Program-made: the position numbers and the translations under genes
In this document: one piece after another, positions 23,301-27,287 of the stretch
Layout of the letters: each line of letters begins with the position of its first letter
Position numbering within the stretch: position 1 is the stretch's first letter
The notes under the pieces: generated by a model
The model's input: only the letters and a program-made list of their open reading frames with translations
Database searches by the model: none
What the model was told of the DNA's origin: nothing
NCBI GenBank assembly: GCA_965644295.1
Contig: CBFFRP010000095.1
Coordinates: 1-27,287 of the forward strand
DNA length: 27,287 nt
DNA from: Paraphysomonas bandaiensis
Lineage: Eukaryota > Protista > Chrysophyceae
Reading direction: 5' to 3'

Positions 23301-24093
23301 ATTGGTTGTGTGATGGGTATGTTGTATATGGTTATGCTACACTTATCTTCTCTCGTTGAGCCGAGTTCGTGGGAGAGGCTCATGTTGTACTGGGAGACAA
23401 TAGTGTATGACGTGTATTGGTTGCACAGTGTCTATATTATGTTGTACAGTCATACTGCTGCTACGTGTGTTAGCTGAGTGAATATAGTATGCTCAGGCAG
23501 GGTGTATCGAGAGATAGTGTATGACGTGTATTGGTTGTGTGATGGGTATATGTTGTATATTGTTGTGCTACACTTATATTCTCTCGTTGAGCCGAGTGCA
23601 TGCAAGAGGCTCATGTTTTACCGAGAGACAATAGTGTATCACGTGTATTGTTTGTGTGATGGCAATGGGGTGAACTACAGTTCAATTGAGTGAGAAAGTG
23701 ATAAATATTCATGGACTTAGTGTGTGTTGTTCATACAGTGAAACTAAAGTTACATGATGTAATGTATTCATGATCGTACGTAAGTTGTATTTTTAAATCA
23801 CAAGTGGCTAGAAACAATGTAGCTACGAGTAGGGCAATGACTGCTGGCATCATGATGATCAATGGGTTGACAGTGGTAGTATGAGGGCAGATAACGTGGT
23901 TGCTGGTAACCAAAAAGGCGCTTCTGTTACATCCTATGAGACTTAAAATTATAATAAAATTAATATTTTTTGTTGTCTCTAGCCCTAATACCACCAATAG
24001 AATTGTTTCTTTAACATTTCTACTTAAATATTGTAAATACTCCTAAATTTCCCAAAATATCGTAAAATTCCCACGTTTGCATAATGTTTACTT
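20313..24093. mobile_element. Non-autonomous TIR DNA transposon (3781 bp) carrying a satellite array
   Basis: TIRs AAGTAAACATT(G/A)TGCAA(T/A)CGTGGGA... with subterminal TTTAGGAGTATTT; 3-bp TSD AAT at 20310-20312 and 24094-24096. Confidence 0.92.
21236..23662. repeat. Tandem array of ~21-22 monomers (~115 bp, types A and B) with a 346-bp higher-order unit
   Basis: Each monomer starts with atagtgtatgacgtgtattggtt or a close variant. Near-identical spurious ORFs at 22600, 22946 and 23292 mark the 346-bp period. Confidence 0.97.
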
Positions 24094-24096
24094 AAT

Positions 24097-27000
24097 GCTG
24101 TACATAGGCAAGGAATGATAATAAATAATTGTGGTGATAAGATTAATGTGGAAATGGTTTTATTTGATTCCGGATCATCTTCGGATAATTTTATTTCATC
24201 AAATTTTGTTAAGAAGTGTGGGGACAAATTGTTAAAAGATATGGTACATAAAAAGTTGAGGGTTAAAGTAGCAGACGGACATCAGATTGAACTTAAAGGA
24301 TATATTCCTGTTACAATTGCTTTTGAAGATGAGGGTAAGACCTACAAAGCACAACTTTCACTGTATGTTCTGGACGGTTTGGCAAAGGATATTATTATAG
24401 GATTACCGGCAATCTGTGAGCATTTTTCCGAGTTATTTATGAATATGATTAAGAAAGCATCACTGAGTGCGGGGCAATCAGTTAATTTAAATGAGATAAA
24501 AGTTCTTGCCAATATTGGTGAAGACATTGACGAACTTAGGAGATATATGTCGTCAGGACCAGTGTGTGATCCTTGGGAAAATCCAATTCCGGAACAGTCA
24601 GAGGAAGATGATATGATTCCCGAACCATGTAGTTTTGGAAGTTTAGTGACATTTTTGGAACAGTCAGTGGATGAGGCTAGGGAGAAATATTTTAGTGAAC
24701 TAGAATCAAAAGTACATCCTGATTTCGCTCAACAAACTGATATATTAAGAGTTTTGAGAGAGGATGCAGTTGACGTCTTTGTTCCTAGAGAATGGACTGG
24801 AATTCAGCATGTTCCTGAGTTAAAATTAAAGGTGAAAAGTACTATTCCTGATAGAATTAAACCAAAGAATATGAGAAGAATACCACCTATGTTATATGAA
24901 CGTACTAAGGAGGAGATCAATAGGATGTGTGGATACTTTTATCGTCCCAGTACGAGTCCTTATGCATCGCCAATAGTAGTAGCACCCAAGGCTACGAAAC
25001 CTTTTATTCGAATATGTGGTGATTACAGGCGTGTTAATTTAGAAATTGAAAGTCCGCATTATCCCATACCAGATGTTATAAAAGAATTACATAAAGCAGC
25101 TGGGTATAAGGTGTTCATTGATTTAGATATATGTAATGCTTTCCATGGTATTAGACTTCATGAATCAGTTTCAGCACTGTTGTCAGTTCAAACTCCATGG
25201 GGCCAGTTCGAACCAAAGTTTATGCCAGAGGGAGTTTCTCCGGCAAGTGGAGTTTTGATGCATGTAGTGTCTGATATTTTCAATGAATTCTCAGAGTGGA
25301 TGGTAGTGATATTTGACAACTTACTGGTGTTAGCGTATGATTATCAGGATGCTATTGAGAAATTCAAGAAGGTCATTAAAAAATGTACTTATTATAATGT
25401 CGTCTTGAAATTGTCGAAAAGCAAATTTGGCTATTCATCAGTGGAATTTTTTGGCTATCTTTGCAAGGACAACACTTACCAATTAACTGAGGCCCGAAAA
25501 TTATCAGTAACTGCAATTGAATTTCCAGAAGGGAAATACAAGACGAAACAAATGCAGAGATTTCTTGGAGCGGCAATATATTTTAAACCTTTTATTCCGT
25601 TATATAGTGACCTTACTCATAAGTTACATGACATGACGAAGAAGAATTTTGACTGGAATGAGAATTGTTGGAAAGTAAATTACAGGGAGGAATTTAGTAG
25701 ATTTAAAGAGGCGATTTTAAAATCTCTTACTCTGTATCATCCTGACTACTCTTTAAGATGGATCTTGATGACAGATGCTTCCTTTTATGCATGTGGAGGT
25801 GTGTTGTTACAAATTTTCATTGACACCAATGGTCAAGAATTCTATCAAGTAATTGCAATGGTGTCGAAGAAATTTTCGGAACCAACATTGAAGTGGTCCA
25901 CTATTGACAAGGAGTGTTTTGGAATATTCTTTTGTGTATATGCCTTGTCGTATTATTTGAGAGGTAAAAAGTTCACGATCATGACGGATCACGCCAATCT
26001 TAAATGGATGGAAGTTTCGGTTGTTGACAGAATAGTACGCATGCGGATGTTTATACAGAATTTCAATTTCGACTTGCTTCACTTCAAGGGAAAGTTAAAT
26101 AGATTTGCTGATTGGTTATCTCGTAAGGATCAGGAATCGGCTGTGGCTCATGTTATGTTATTGTCTGTTTGTATGGAATGTTTTCCAGAAGAAAGTGTCG
26201 CATGTGGTGAAGTAGTCATGTTTGAAAATACGGACTTACTACCAGATGATCAGCTTATTGAGCTTAACCAAGTAGGGCAATGGAGTTCAGAAACCGACGA
26301 TGTAGCTTGTTATTCAGTGTTCCCAGCTGAGATACTTGCAGCTTTAGATGAACTAGCGGCTCAAGGTATAAAACCTAGTTCACCCAAAGAGGCGTTCGAC
26401 TTAGTTCACAATGGTCGGATAGGTCACCATGGAGTTAAACGAACATGGTTAAAGCTGAGTAAGGTATTTCCAGGTCACAAGCTAACCACAGAGGTGATAC
26501 AAGATTTCATAGATCGGTGTCCCATTTGTCAGAAGTTTAATGCGGGAATGAGTGCTTCCTTGCAGGCACCCATCAGAGCTTTAGACTCCGAGCATTGTAG
26601 ACATTATGTAGGATTTGACACACTCTCTGTGTCTCCTCCTGACAAGAAAGGGCATTGTTGCATCCATGTTGTAAAGCAATTGCCATCACGTTTGGTTGGT
26701 CTGTATCCAGCAACTGATTACACGGCAGTTGGAGTAGCGCGAGCGTTGTTTTCTTATTTCGTGACGTACGGAATATCGGAAGTGTTAATTTCAGACCCAG
26801 GTTCGAATATTACAGCAGAGGTTGTTCAGTTATTGTTAAAATGGTTTGGCGTGCGTTTTCGAATGTCTTTGACAGATAGACATGAGTCCAACATGGTGGA
26901 GAGAACTCATAGAGAGACATTACGATTTCTAAGTGCTCTTGTACATGATGAAAGGTTGCAAGATTGCTGGGGAGAGCCGGAGTGCTATATGGTAATCCAG

Positions 27001-27287
27001 TTCATACTGAATGATGAAATAAGTAGCGAAACGGGATTGTCACCTTTTGAGTTTACATTTGGTACAATAGACAAACCTTATTTCAAATTGTCAGATGCTG
27101 TGTCAGATTCGGTTGATACTACGGAGTATTTATCCCTTATAAATCAGAATTTGAGAACTATACGTGAGATTGCATGTGATGTTCAACGCAAGATCCAAGC
27201 AAAGAGAAAATCCAAAACACCTCTGGAGACCTTAACGGAATATCAACCCGGACAGCTTGTTTTATTCCAACCAAATTCTTCGAAATT
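24097..27287 (+). CDS. pol: Gypsy Pol (protease, RT, RNase H, integrase), open to the window end; its first 20 codons lie at 20253-20312
   Basis: Protease VLFDSGS. RT ASPIVVAPK..IRICGDYRRVN, DLDICNAFH, FMPEG and VIFDNLLV. RNase H MTDAS, DKEC, TDHANL and NRFADWLSR. Integrase H-x5-HH..CPIC, GFDTL, SDPGSN and VERTHRE. Absence from the ORF track fits no stop before the window end. Confidence 0.95.

Larger units (their letters stand above)
18118..27287 (+). mobile_element. Ty3/gypsy LTR retrotransposon, continuing beyond the window, interrupted at 20313-24093
   Basis: Abrupt TGTAACG start inside the LINE, gag ORF, and PR-RT-RH-IN domain order. Confidence 0.95.

Noticed and set aside
21300-23500. 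Hammerhead ribozyme in the monomers (ctgagtga resembles CUGANGA)
   Set aside because: It has an extra base in the core and no GAAA box or matching stems.
21236-23662. CRISPR-like array (constant 23-bp head plus variable part)
   Set aside because: The intervening parts are ~90 bp, repeat in only two related types and are not unique spacers. There are no cas genes and the context is eukaryotic.
22600-23693. Repeated 61-71 aa ORFs
   Set aside because: By-products of the satellite period; monomer lengths vary out of frame.

Overview
Eukaryotic DNA, probably from a flagellated protist (inferred from GAS8/DRC4 and ~55-nt GT-AG introns; a stramenopile is only a guess). A two-gene host island (mitochondrial-type rps16 head-to-head with GAS8/DRC4, 945-3321) is surrounded by transposable elements. 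(i) A minus-strand LTR with PBS lies at the window start. (ii) A recent non-autonomous Ty1/copia (3788-7950) has apparently identical 344-bp LTRs and a TTGAA TSD. (iii) A decayed LINE (~9408-18117) reconstructs to OTU-like protease + SET-like segment + APE + RT + RNase H. It is cut by a 962-bp insert, a solo LTR and a TIR DNA transposon, and abuts another LTR-like insert at its 5' side. (iv) A Ty3/gypsy element (18118 to window end) has a CCCH-finger Gag, an in-frame single-UGA gag/pol junction and an open Pol whose RT motif reads IFDN instead of YxDD. A second TIR element, carrying a ~115-bp satellite with a 346-bp higher-order repeat, interrupts it. All domain calls are by-eye motif recognition; no searches were run.
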